Positions 50,425 to 60,700 of a DNA stretch of 64,000 nucleotides are shown here, piece after piece. The first letter of the stretch is position 1; the number at the start of each line of letters is the position of its first letter. Origin of the DNA: Felis catus (taxonomy: Eukaryota); contig NC_058373.1 of NCBI RefSeq assembly GCF_018350175.1, positions 114,826,001 through 114,890,000 on the forward strand, written 5' to 3'. A program made the position numbers and the translations under genes. The notes below the pieces were generated by a model. The model was not told the DNA's origin and did not search any database. It saw only the letters and a list, made by a program, of their open reading frames with translations.

Positions 50425-51218
50425 TGTTGCTATTTATAAAAAATGCAGCTTTGGTCTTAATCCATGGTGCCTGGCTCATAGCCCTCAAACCCTTGGAATT
50501 TCCTGAGTGATAAGAGCAATTGGAGCATTTTTTATTATAATATTGGGTCTCGTGTCCTCTGTTATGTTAATGAGGTGACTTTGGGACGGGGTGGAGGGGG
50601 GGCGCTGGTTGCCAGGGGAATGAATATTTTGACCTGTGAATAGAGGGGTGGACCTTTCAGTCCCATCCCCTGATTCCCAGGGAGGGGAGAAGGGGCTGAA
50701 ATTTGAATCAATTGACAATGACCAGTGATTTAATCAATCACACCTATGTAATATGAGGCCTCCAGAAAAGCCAAAAGGAGGGGGTCTGGAGAGCTGCCCG
50801 GTTGGGGAACCAGAATGCTTTCATGTGCCACCCAAGTTCCACTAGAACAGAAGCTCCTTTGTTCTGGATTTTGCCTGAATCTCTTCATCTGATTGTTGAT
50901 TCATATCCTTCAGTAGCCTCTGTAATAACCCCATCATGGAGTAAGCTCTGAGTGGCTCTTGCATATTAATTGAACCCTAGGAGGGGGTCATGGGTTTTTA
51001 ACCAGTTTGTCAGAAGCACAAGTAACAACCCTGGGCTTGTGGCTGGCATCTGAAGTGGTGGACAGTCTGTGGGACTGAGCCCCCGACCTGTGGGATCTGA
51101 GCCTCTCTCCAGGTAGACAATGTCAGAATTGCGTTGAACTGTAAGACACCCAGTAGGTGTCTGAGAATCACTTGTTAGTGGTGTGGGGGAAACCCTGCCA
51201 TATTGGAATTGGGTCCCA
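50425..51218 (+). mobile_element. Solo LTR (MER21-like)
   Basis: TG...CA ends; 4-bp TSD GACC at 50421-50424 and 51219-51222; cccttggaatttcctgagtgataagag and ccagtgatttaatcaatca motifs. Confidence 0.75.
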
Positions 51219-51520
51219 GACCCTTTATCTGTCTTTTAGTGTAGGAGTCTCAGCTAAGAACTCAGAAAGGTAGAGGGAAAATTATTTTTCTTTCCCATAA
51301 CTTCTCTTCCCCTCCTCTCCATCAGGAGTAACCCGTTCCTGGCTGGTACTTCTGCCCCCAAATGTTACAGATGAGGAAGGGCTTACTTTTCATCTATTTA
51401 TTCATATCTGAGATTCATCCGGGAGATGATGATGTTGAGGATGACAATCATTTAGCTCAATTCTTTTATCTTAGATAGAAAAGTATTAAGGTACATGTTT
51501 TTAAAAAGAATTTTATTGTT

Positions 51521-51740
51521 GGGGCGCCTGGGTGGCTCAGTTGATGAAGTGACCGACTTCTGCTCAGGTCATGATCTCGCAGTTTGTGAGTTCGAGCCCC
51601 GCGTCGGGCCCTGTGCTGACAGCTCAGAGCCTGGAGCCTACTTCAGATTCTGTGTCTTCCCCTCTCTCTACCCCTCCCCTGCTCACACTCTGTGTCTCTC
51701 TGTCTCTCAATAATAAATAAATGTTAAAGAAAAAAACTTT
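51521..51740 (+). mobile_element. CAN-SINE
   Basis: TSD AAAGAAT(T/A)TTATTGT. Confidence 0.95.
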
Positions 51741-51846
51741 TAAAGAATATTATTGTAAAATAATACTTATTTATAAAAAAGAAAACAGGCTTGTATAAAA
51801 GAAAAGGTAAAACTCTTCTGTCTTCCAGCCTACACCTGTGCCACTT

Positions 51847-52052
51847 TTTTTTTTTTTTAATGTTTATTTAATTTTGAGAGAGACAGAGACAGAGCACGAG
51901 CGGGAGAGGGCAGAGAGACAGGGAGACACAGAATCCGAAGCAGGCTCCAGGCTCTGAGCTGTCAGCACAGAGCCTGACACGGGGCTCGGACCGTGAGATC
52001 ATGACCTGAGCCGAAGTCAGACACTTAACCGACTGAGCCACCCAGGCGCCCC
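51847..52052 (-). mobile_element. CAN-SINE
   Basis: TSD CACCTGTGCCACTTT. Confidence 0.95.
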
Positions 52053-52236
52053 ACCTGTGCCACTTTCTGGAGGTGACCACTGTTTACCTGTTTGCCGTGT
52101 ATTTTTCCGGGTATATCTGTGCATTTACATATGCATGTATTATGAACTGTTTGTACGAAATGAATCATAATAGACATACGTAACTTATTCCTTCTAACAT
52201 TTATTTAGAACTCTACTGTAATGATAAGCTATAATT

Positions 52237-52350
52237 TAGGGATCATATAATCTATTACCTAAACAAAGACAAATTCTAATTCACAGGGGCTCCTGAGAAC
52301 ACAGGTATATACTGGGACTGTCTCAGGAAAGTCAGGTTTATGTTTACCTA
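52237..52350. mobile_element. MER94-like hAT-Blackjack MITE
   Basis: tagggatcatataatctatt...ctgggactgtctcaggaaa...tatgtttaccta. Confidence 0.55.
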
Positions 52351-52399
52351 CAAATGGAACTTCTATTGAGTTGAAAAGTAGTATTTAAAATGATATTGT

Positions 52400-52613
52400 G
52401 AGGCACCTGGGTGCCTCAGTTGGTTAAGTGTCCAACTTCAGCTCAGGTCATGACCTCACAGTTTGTGGGTTTCAGCCCTGCGTCGAGCTCTGTGCTGACA
52501 GCTCGGAGCCTGGAGCCTGCTTGGGATTCTGTGTCTCCCTCTCTCTATGCCCCTCCCTTGCTCACACTCTGTCTCTTTCTCTCTCTCAAAAATAAATAAG
52601 TGTTAAAAAAAAT
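52400..52613 (+). mobile_element. CAN-SINE
   Basis: TSD AAAATGA(TA/CG)TTGT. Confidence 0.95.
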
Positions 52614-52924
52614 TAAAATGACGTTGTTGAACAGTCTTGGTCACACCAATTTATAATCTACTGACATATAAGGCCTCCTATTTCTTCAAACTTTCAAAAT
52701 ACTGAGCATTATACATATTATTCTTGAATTTGCCAAATCAGTAAGAAATTGTATCTTACTTTAATCTGCATTTATTTAATAATCAATGAAACTGAACATC
52801 TTTCATTTCTTGTTGGTCATTTTATTTCACATTTCTATGAACTACTTGTTCGTATCCTTTGTGTCTACGTTTCTGTTGAATTATTGGTTCTTTCTTCTTG
52901 ATTTGTAAGATCTCTTTGCATTTT

Positions 52925-53140
52925 GGGTTTTTAAAAATTTTTTGTAACTTTATTTATTTGAGAGAGACAGAGACAGCACAAGTGGGGGAAGGGCAGCTAG
53001 AGAGGGAGAGAGACTCCCAAGCAGGCTCTGCACTGCCAGCACAGAGCCCAATGTGGGGCTCGAACACACAAAGCCGTGAGATCATGACCTGAGCCGAAAT
53101 CGAGAGTTGGACACTTAACCAACTGAGCCGCCCAGGCGCG
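52925..53140 (-). mobile_element. CAN-SINE
   Basis: Antisense body ending gagccgcccaggcgc. Confidence 0.9.
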
Positions 53141-53392
53141 CAGCGTTTTAAAGGAACTAGTTATTTGTTTGGCCTATATTTGGCTAATATTTTTTCTCCA
53201 GCACGATGTTTGTGTCTTGACTTTGGGGTATTTTTAGACTTATAAGAATCCTAAGTCTTTATGTAGTTTTTGGTCTTTTTTGGTGACATTTGGATTTTAT
53301 ATTCAAGATTGCAAAAAACAAGAACAATGGGAACAAAAAGTAACTAACTTCTTCTGCATACTTTTTAATTTCCTTTTTAAATTTAAATTTTA

Positions 53393-53590
53393 GGACTCCT
53401 GGGTGGGTCAGTTGGTTAAGCTTCCGACTCTTGGTTTCAGCTCAGGTCGTGATCTCACCATTTTGTGATTTCGAGCCCCGTGTCCCTCTCGGAGCTGACA
53501 GTGCAGAGCCTGCTTGGGATTCTCTGCCCCTCCCCCACTCACACTGTCTCTGTCTCTCTCAAAATAGATAAATAAACTTAAAAAAAAAAA
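53393..53590 (+). mobile_element. CAN-SINE
   Basis: Flanked by ATTTAAATTT. Confidence 0.9.
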
Positions 53591-54630
53591 GATTTAAATT
53601 TAAATTTTGAGCCGCCTAGAATTTATTTTGGTTTAAGAAATGAACTCAGTGTTATTTGTTTCCATATCGTCTGGTCACTTTCCCTAACATCATTCACAGA
53701 ATAGCATATCTCTCCCTTCTCCCTCCCATTGGAAATGCAACTGTATCTTGTGCCAACCCTCCATATGTACTTGGTTCTATTTTTAGCCTCTCTGTTTTCT
53801 TTTATTGATTTGTTTGGCTTTATACCAATAATATCTTGCTATATAAAGTCTGCAGTCTTTCATATGTCTTAATATCTGGTAGGTCTATTTCCCTATCTTC
53901 ATTTTTCATTTCTTCAGATTTTTCCTGATCACTCATGTTTAAATTCTTCTGGTTGAATCCTCCTCTCCCCCCCTAACCCCCCCCACCCCCCCCCACCCCC
54001 GCTGCCAACACACAGGATTTCACTGAATTTATAGATTAAGTCAGGGAGGAGTTATACCTCTGTATCACTGAGCCTTTTTCAAGAATGAGCCACATCTTCC
54101 CTTTAGGGTTCTGTTTAACCACAGGGTGGCCATCAAGGAAAAACATGGACGGACATATATACTAAGTGGTTTATTTAGATTACATTACAATGCATGACAT
54201 GGTCATTGTGTTGTTGCTCATTAACAAAGTATGGTTTGGTGCACTGTGCGAAACTGCAGTGAATGAGGTGCATAACACTACATTTCTATTGATCTCAGCC
54301 ATGATCAGATTATTTGTGTCTCTGATTTCTGCTTGAATACCACTGCAGCTTTAGCATATCCTAGCAGAACTAATCAAAAGAGCTCTATCCATTAAAAAAT
54401 TTTAGGATTATCCCCGTTTCCAGATTTTTTGGCCACGTTGTATATTGCACCTGGGTAGAATGCTGGGCTGTGGGGGAGGTGCCCATCTAGGGGCACGGTG
54501 CTGCTGTGGAGACATGTACTTGCCCCAGCAATGGAGTGCCCCTTAAAGAAAGTCACATGTGCTTTTTTTCCCCAGTTCCCCTTCCCCTCCTTTTTCTTTT
54601 TGCTTAATTTGATTTTTAAAGTCCGCCTTT

Positions 54631-55223
54631 GTGTAGAACTACCTTACCATCCAGCAATTACACTATTAGGTATTTACCCAAAGGATACAAAAATGCAGAT
54701 CGGAAGGGACGCATGCACCCCCATGTTTATAGCAGCACTACCAACAATAGCCAAGCTACGGAGACGGCCCAAATACTCATTGACTGACGAATGTGTAAAG
54801 AAGATGTAGAATACATGGAATATTACTCAGCCATCAGAAAGAATGAAATCTTGCCATTTGCAACCACTTGGACGGAGCTAGAGTGTATTATGCTAAGCAA
54901 AATAAGTCAGTCAGAGAAAGACGAATATCACATGATTTCATCATAGGTGGAATTTAAGAAACAAAACAGATGAACATATAGGAAGAGGGGGGTGGAGAGA
55001 AGACAGGGAAACAAACCACAAGAGACTCTTAATGATAGAGAATAAACCGAGGGTTGATGGAGGGAGATGGGTGGGGGATGAGCTAGATGGAGGATGGGTA
55101 TGAAAGACAGCACTTGCTGTGCTGAGCACTGGGTGTTGTGTGCAAATGATGAGTCACCGAATTCTACTTCTGAAACCAATTATGCACTGTAGGTCAACAA
55201 ACTAAAATATAAAAAAATAAATA
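54631..55223 (+). mobile_element. Carnivore L1, 5'-truncated (ORF2 C-terminus, 3' UTR, A tail)
   Basis: ELPYHPAITLLGIYPKD...CTPMFIAAL is the L1 ORF2 C-terminus; TSD AAAGTC(C/T)GCCTTT at 54618-54630 and 55224-55236, at a TT/AAAG endonuclease-type site. Confidence 0.92.
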
Positions 55224-56269
55224 AAAGTCTGCCTTTATAATGCTCTCTCCTATTGGTGGGTATAACCTAGTTATTTAATTCTATTAATTAGAGTATATAT
55301 GAAGCACAGGTAATGTACCTCTAAACTTGATCTACAGTGTCAATAATGTACTGTGCCAGTTCACTACTCTAATTTGGTTTTTTGTTCCAAAAAGTGTTGC
55401 AAACTGAGGCACCGGCCCATGATCAGGGCTTTGCTGAGTTCTAATGGGTTGGACTTGAACCTGGCCTTGCTTTGAGCCTCAGTGGGTGAGGCAGGAGGCC
55501 GTTGACCCTCTTGAAATAGTCATACTGGATGTGTTCTGCGTATTATATGGCCCATTATTGCTTTTATTTTTCTAGTTAATATCTGACAGGTTCAAGTTCA
55601 ATGGTTTCTGAATATGAAACACCAGAGGTGCAATGGTAACTCACAAACACTGACACATTACACTTGTGTGATCTGCACCGTATGTTGGCCAGGAGTGTGC
55701 TTGTGGGGGCCCGGGGAGCCCTGAGGTGGCCCTGTCTTGGCCATTCGTTCTGCTCCCTTCCTTTCTCAGTCCCAGAGCTGTGTCGTTTGGGGGCTTGGTA
55801 TGGTCAAGCAGACAAGAACCTGAACAGGAATCGGCTTTGTCCCCCTTTGCTGTGACTGCTGCTGAAGTTCACTGGGGCCTTGAGGACGTGCCTGGCCGGA
55901 AAGACCGAGGAGGGCCAGGACTGACCCAAGGAAATTTAGTTATGTGCTGTTTTGGTCTGAGTAATACAAACTCTTACACTTTTCATTTTTTCCATGTCCT
56001 TTCTAGCCAAAGCAGAGAAGTGTTTCCATGCCTGTGTCAGGCCAACAGATGACAGCACTGGGCAAGTCCCCATCTCAGCCATGAGCTGATGCTCTGAACC
56101 CTGAGCCCAGCAGGGAGGCAGCCTCCAGCCTGCACTTGTCAGGGCCTGGTTGTGTTCCGGGCACCAGAGGCCAGCTTGTTTGGGAGCTGAGGGACTCAGT
56201 ACTGGAAGGGGCCGCCAAGCACATCTGCGCCCGGGAGTAGTCTGAAGACACACAGAGAAAGCTTTGTGC

Positions 56270-56480
56270 TTAGGCTCCGCAGCCAGACAGCCTCAGTTCC
56301 AGTCCCAGCCCAGCCGCTCAGCAGCTGTGTGACGCTGGCATGTTATTTTATCTCTCTGGGCCTCGGTTTCCACTTCTGTAAAATCAGGTTCAGAAGAGCA
56401 CCCACTCGGCAGGACGACTTGAAGCTGAAAATAAGCACCTAGTATAGCATCCAGCTCATAGTAGGCCCTCAAGGAGCTGT
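56270..56480 (+). mobile_element. MIR
   Basis: agctgtgtgacgctggca...tctctgggcctcggtttccacttctgtaaaat. Confidence 0.7.
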
Positions 56481-57211
56481 TGGCATCAGCTAATTACTGC
56501 AGCGGAGACCTAATTGTTCTTCACTCTGCAGCAGCTGCAACAGACTTGGGGGGGGGGTGCTGGGGACAGTAAGGCAGGGTTCTGGGACCCTTCACAGACC
56601 CAGGAATGCTCTACTCAAGCCGAGTAAATGGGTAAGCAGCTGGGAACGGAGCTATCCCACCACGCGTCCCTAGCATTGCCCACCCTCAGAGTCCCTCCAT
56701 CCCTAGATGACCTCTGGGCCAAGCAGAGTGTGGGAAAGGGGACCCAGGGAGCTTGGTTGGACCTGGAATCTCCCTGAACCTGAACAGAGACCATCTGGGG
56801 AATGCACTCCCCTTCTTTCTTGGTGAGACCGCGGGTGCCGTCAAACTGCGTGGTCATCAGCGCCCTTGGAAAAGTCAGGTTGTGACGGGAAATCTAAGTG
56901 GAAGCCCAAGGTGGGCTTCCCAGGCGGCCCTTACCCTGTGCTCCTTGGCATGTAATTGAACTAGAGCCTCCAGGGCATGTGGGCAAGTGTTTCAAGGTGG
57001 TGGTTTCTATAGTAACAGTGAAGGTTCCAGCTGAGTTCCAGTTGGCTCTGCTGATGGTGAAACAGTACAAACGGAGGCCAAAACCCAGACCCATGACGAG
57101 GCTCCTTGGAAAGAGGGTCAGGGGGGATGACCTCCAAGTCCCTCCTAGTCCTCCGTCCTGTGATTTCACCAGCCCATGACTAGCGCTGGTTCCGTCCTGC
57201 CTCGATATAAA

Positions 57212-57392
57212 GCAGCGTCTGAGCCTTGCTAGCACCTTGGAACACCTGGAGAGCTTTAAGAACTCCTGATGCCAGGCTCCCACCTCCAGAGTGTCTGATT
57301 TAATTGGTCTGGGGTAGGGCCTGGGCATCGGGACTTTTTAAATCTTCTGATTCTTCTGATTCTAATATGCAGCCTAGATCGACAACGACTGG
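57212..57392. mobile_element. MER5-family hAT MITE
   Basis: cacctggagagctttaa...ctgatgccaggctccca...ctgatttaattggtctggggtagggcctgggcat...tgattctaatatgcagcc. Confidence 0.8.
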
Positions 57393-57409
57393 TAAAAAGG
57401 CAGGTGAGC

Positions 57410-57625
57410 TAATAATAATGAATAATTACAATGTATGTGCCAGAGACTGTGCTAAACACATTATCTACATCATCTCCTTTAATTCTCACAATAATCCCCA
57501 TTTTCCAGGTGAAGAAGTAGGCTCAGGAAGTGACTTCCCAAGGCCAGACAGCAGTCAACACTGGCATCCTAGCCCAGAGCCCTCAGATTTCCAAGGCCAG
57601 GCTGGTAACCCTTATGTAACTGCCT
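57410..57625 (-). mobile_element. MIR
   Basis: tatgtgccagagactgtgctaaac...ccccattttccaggtgaagaagtaggctcagg. Confidence 0.7.
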
Positions 57626-59022
57626 TCGAGGTCATGTGAAAACGGAAATGGGGACGTGTCTGGAGCAGGCCCCTGAGGGACCCTGAATACCCTAGGCGAG
57701 TTTCCCTGTGCCCACGCTGAGGTCCCCGGCCCTGTGCCACCCCAGCATCTTGTCTGGTTGGATAGGACCAAGCGGGGGTTGGCTGCTTCCCCAGAACCCA
57801 GCGGCTTGGGCTTGCCGGGAGGGAGGCCCTGTGGGACCCGCCTTTTCATTTGGGAGCCTGACACCTTGCGCTCAGAGCTGGTGAATCATGTGCTTGGTTT
57901 CCCAGCCCTCCTGATGAATGGCAGTCTTTCAACTTAGGACACAGCATCAGATGAGATTTTGTTCCCAGGGGAGTGGGGAGTGGTTGAGAGCACATTTTGT
58001 TCGCCAGGTGTTTTGGGTTTAGAGCAGACTCAGACAAAAAGTCAGGAGCCATCCATAATATAGAACCAGAGGCTTTTTATTTGCAGTTTCACTGAAATTT
58101 AGTGAAAGGCAAGCCCAGCAGGTACCTGTTTTACTGGCAGTAAAAGGAAATTAGACAGCAGTTATTTAAAAGGAGTTTGAGTTGTTCAAATCTTCAATCT
58201 AGGGGTACATGTGTGTTTTAAAAGAAAGTTTACAAGGCTGGGGGATTTGGGGTTGAACTGTTTTTTGCTAAAAATGATGTGGAAAATATTTTCCTTTCTT
58301 ATTTTCAACCTTCCCCTTTGCTGTTTGTTTCCTAAATTTAGCAGTCAAGAAGAAGTAAGCAAATCTAGCTGGAAAAAAACCTGAAGCAGGTCAGGCAGGA
58401 TTCAAAGTTTAATTGAAGTGATGGACTGAAAATAAAACTCTCCAAAATGAGAAATCATTCTTCCCATTTTATAGAGCAGACTCATTATTTCAGCTTAAAC
58501 AATTTCAGATGTGGTTGACCTTGTTGGACGTGGAAGTGCTGGGTTGGGCACTTCCCAAAAGGACAGACTGGGGAGGAGGCCACCGTCTAAACGTCTGCCA
58601 AGGGCTGTTGGAGGAGGCTGGAGGGCTGTGGGAGGCCCAGGAGGCTGTCACTCACCATCTCCCAACCCTCCTTCCTCACCCGGGGAACTCCAGGGGGCTC
58701 TTAAGTTATTGTCCAGATGGAACCCCCACCCCCACCCCAAAGCCTGACCACAGCCCTGCCTGCTGGGGAAGGCTGAGCTTACTCCTCCCGGCTCTGGGCT
58801 CAAGTCACTCGGCCAGATGCCAGGGACCAGCCTGATGTCTTGGAATGGATGGCTGCCACCAAACTGTGTCATTGCCATTGGTGGCTCGTTTTTTGGTTTT
58901 GGTTTTTGATTTGTTTCTTACTTTTGGAGAATGGTTTTCTATCCATCGAAATGACTGAGGGACTGACATCTCCGGATTTTTGGTTATTAGAGAAGGACAG
59001 TCAACTCAAACTAGTTTACGCG

Positions 59023-59121
59023 CACACACACACACACACACACGCACACACACACACACAAAGGGACAGATAGGTAGTAGATAGACAGGTAGGTAGATAG
59101 ACAGATAGATATAGACAGATA
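59023..59121. repeat. (CA)n followed by degenerate (GATA/GACA/GGTA)n
   Basis: Seen directly. Confidence 0.9.
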
Positions 59122-59330
59122 CCAAAAAAAAAAAACCCAAACCCAAGATGAATTTGAATCAGATACGACTAGTCCCAGGAACCCCAAACAACATCACTAT
59201 AGAGCTTTCTTTCTGTCTCTTGGCTCTGATTGTTTCTTCTTGGCTTCCTTCTCCAGAGAAAATTTCTTCATGTGGTAGGCAAGAAGGCTTTGCCTCCCAA
59301 GCTTAGCAGTGATGATGAAAAGAGCTCAAC

Positions 59331-59590
59331 TTTTTGTTTTAAACCTGCCTATTGTATGAATGTATGTATGCATGTATGTATTTTAATGTTTATTTATTTG
59401 AGAGAAAGAGAGCACACGTGCACACGTGCAAGCAAGAGAGGGGCAGAGAAAGAGGGAGAGAAAGAATCCCAAGCAGGCTCCATGCTGCCAGTGCAGAGCC
59501 CAACGTGGGGCTCTATCCCATGAAAGACCATGACCTGAGCCAAAATCAAAAGTCGGACACCCAATCAACTGGACCACCCACCCAGGCACC
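59331..59590 (-). mobile_element. CAN-SINE with (TGTA)n in the tail
   Basis: Flanked by AAGAGCTCA. Confidence 0.9.
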
Positions 59591-59624
59591 ATAAGAGCTC
59601 ATCTTACAGAAAGTTCTCAGAATG

Positions 59625-59850
59625 GGGGCACCTGGGTGGCCAGTCAGTTAAGACTCTGACTCTTGATTTCAGCTTAGGTCACGATCTCACGGTTGGTGAG
59701 ATGGAGCCCTGCATGCATCTCTCTGGGGATGAGAATCTGGGGATTCTCTCTCTCTCTCTCTCTCTCTCTCTGCCCCTCCCCTGCACTTGCATGTGTGTGC
59801 GTGTGTACATTTTTTTCCTCTCTAAATAAATAAATAAACTTAAAAAAAAA
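59625..59850 (+). mobile_element. CAN-SINE
   Basis: Flanks AAAGTTC...ATGG. Confidence 0.9.
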
Positions 59851-60159
59851 AAGTTCCAGGATGGATTCTGATTGGCCCAGATTGAGTCGAGTGACGAGTC
59901 CTTCATCCATCCCTGTGTCCGGGAGTGCACTCGCCTGGGCCTGGTGCCCATCCCTGTGGTGGAGATTGAGGTGTTGGTGGGGCAGGAGGACAGTGATTAA
60001 CAGCTCAGCCAGGATATAGGAGTGGGAAGGAAATCCCCAAGGCAAGCATAAACTACCCTGCCACCCACTTTGGTCCATCTCAACTCCAAGCAATGTGTTA
60101 GCCAAGTACATGTGTGTGGGAGGGGGAAGGGGGACGAGTGAGGTCATGACAGCTCATTG

Positions 60160-60700
60160 CTCATGCGTTCATTAGCCATTGATCTTGAAGCCTACCTTCA
60201 CACAGGCACTGTTCTGGGCTTTGGGGTCCAGCACTAAACAAAACAGATGGCCCCTGCCCTTGTGAAGCTTCTATTCTCGTGGGGAGAAGCTGTCAAGAAG
60301 ATAAAATAAACAGAATACACACATAGAACACCAGATGACACTAAGTGCCATAAGGAAATATAGAACAAGGAGGGAGGTTAGGGAGTGTGAGCGTGGGGCT
60401 GAGGTCACAGGTAGTGGTTGGGGAAGGCTCACCGGAGAAGCAAAGTTTGAGCAGACCCCTGCAGAAGGGTGAAGGAGGGAGCCACGCAGAGACCTTCCAG
60501 AAGGAACAGAAGGGCTGAGGGGAAGGGTGCCGGCAGGCTCAAAGAACATGAGGCTAGTGTGACCAGAACAGAGCCCAGGAGGCAGCAACGGCAGAACCCG
60601 AGTCCGGTGTTAACTGGGCCCCCACTCACGGAGCGTCCTGGGCCACTGTGCCTGGGGGGAGAGTGAAAGCCACTGGAGGTCACAGGATGCGTCAAGGAAT
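60160..60700 (-). mobile_element. L2 LINE 3' portion
   Basis: caggcactgttctgggct...ccctgcccttgtgaagcttctattct...tttgagcagacc...gaaagccactggagg. Confidence 0.7.

Larger units (their letters stand above)
49872..51299 (+). mobile_element. Solo ERV LTR (MER34-like) containing two nested insertions
   Basis: Starts TGAAGG...gccacctcaaaatatgccactttgg; AATAAA near 50399; ends ...aaattatttttctttcccata; 4-bp TSD ACTT at 49868-49871 and 51300-51303. Confidence 0.75.
52640..54100 (-). mobile_element. Old L1 (L1M-type) ORF2-region fragments
   Basis: ttaatctgcatttatt...cttgttcgtatccttt...tagaatttattttggt...tgaatttatagattaa. Confidence 0.6.
59200..60050 (-). mobile_element. Old MaLR LTR (MLT1J/K-like), split by two SINEs
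   Basis: tctgtctcttggctctg...ttggcttccttctccag and ttctgattggcccagattgagtc. Confidence 0.45.

Noticed and set aside
18679..52599. Recurrent MAQSVKR...SLEPASDSVSPSLSAP peptides
   Set aside because: Translations of CAN-SINE bodies, not a gene family.
54498..54809. ORF with L1 ORF2 C-terminal similarity (also 21773-22042)
   Set aside because: Truncated retrotransposon remnants; listed as mobile elements, not CDS.
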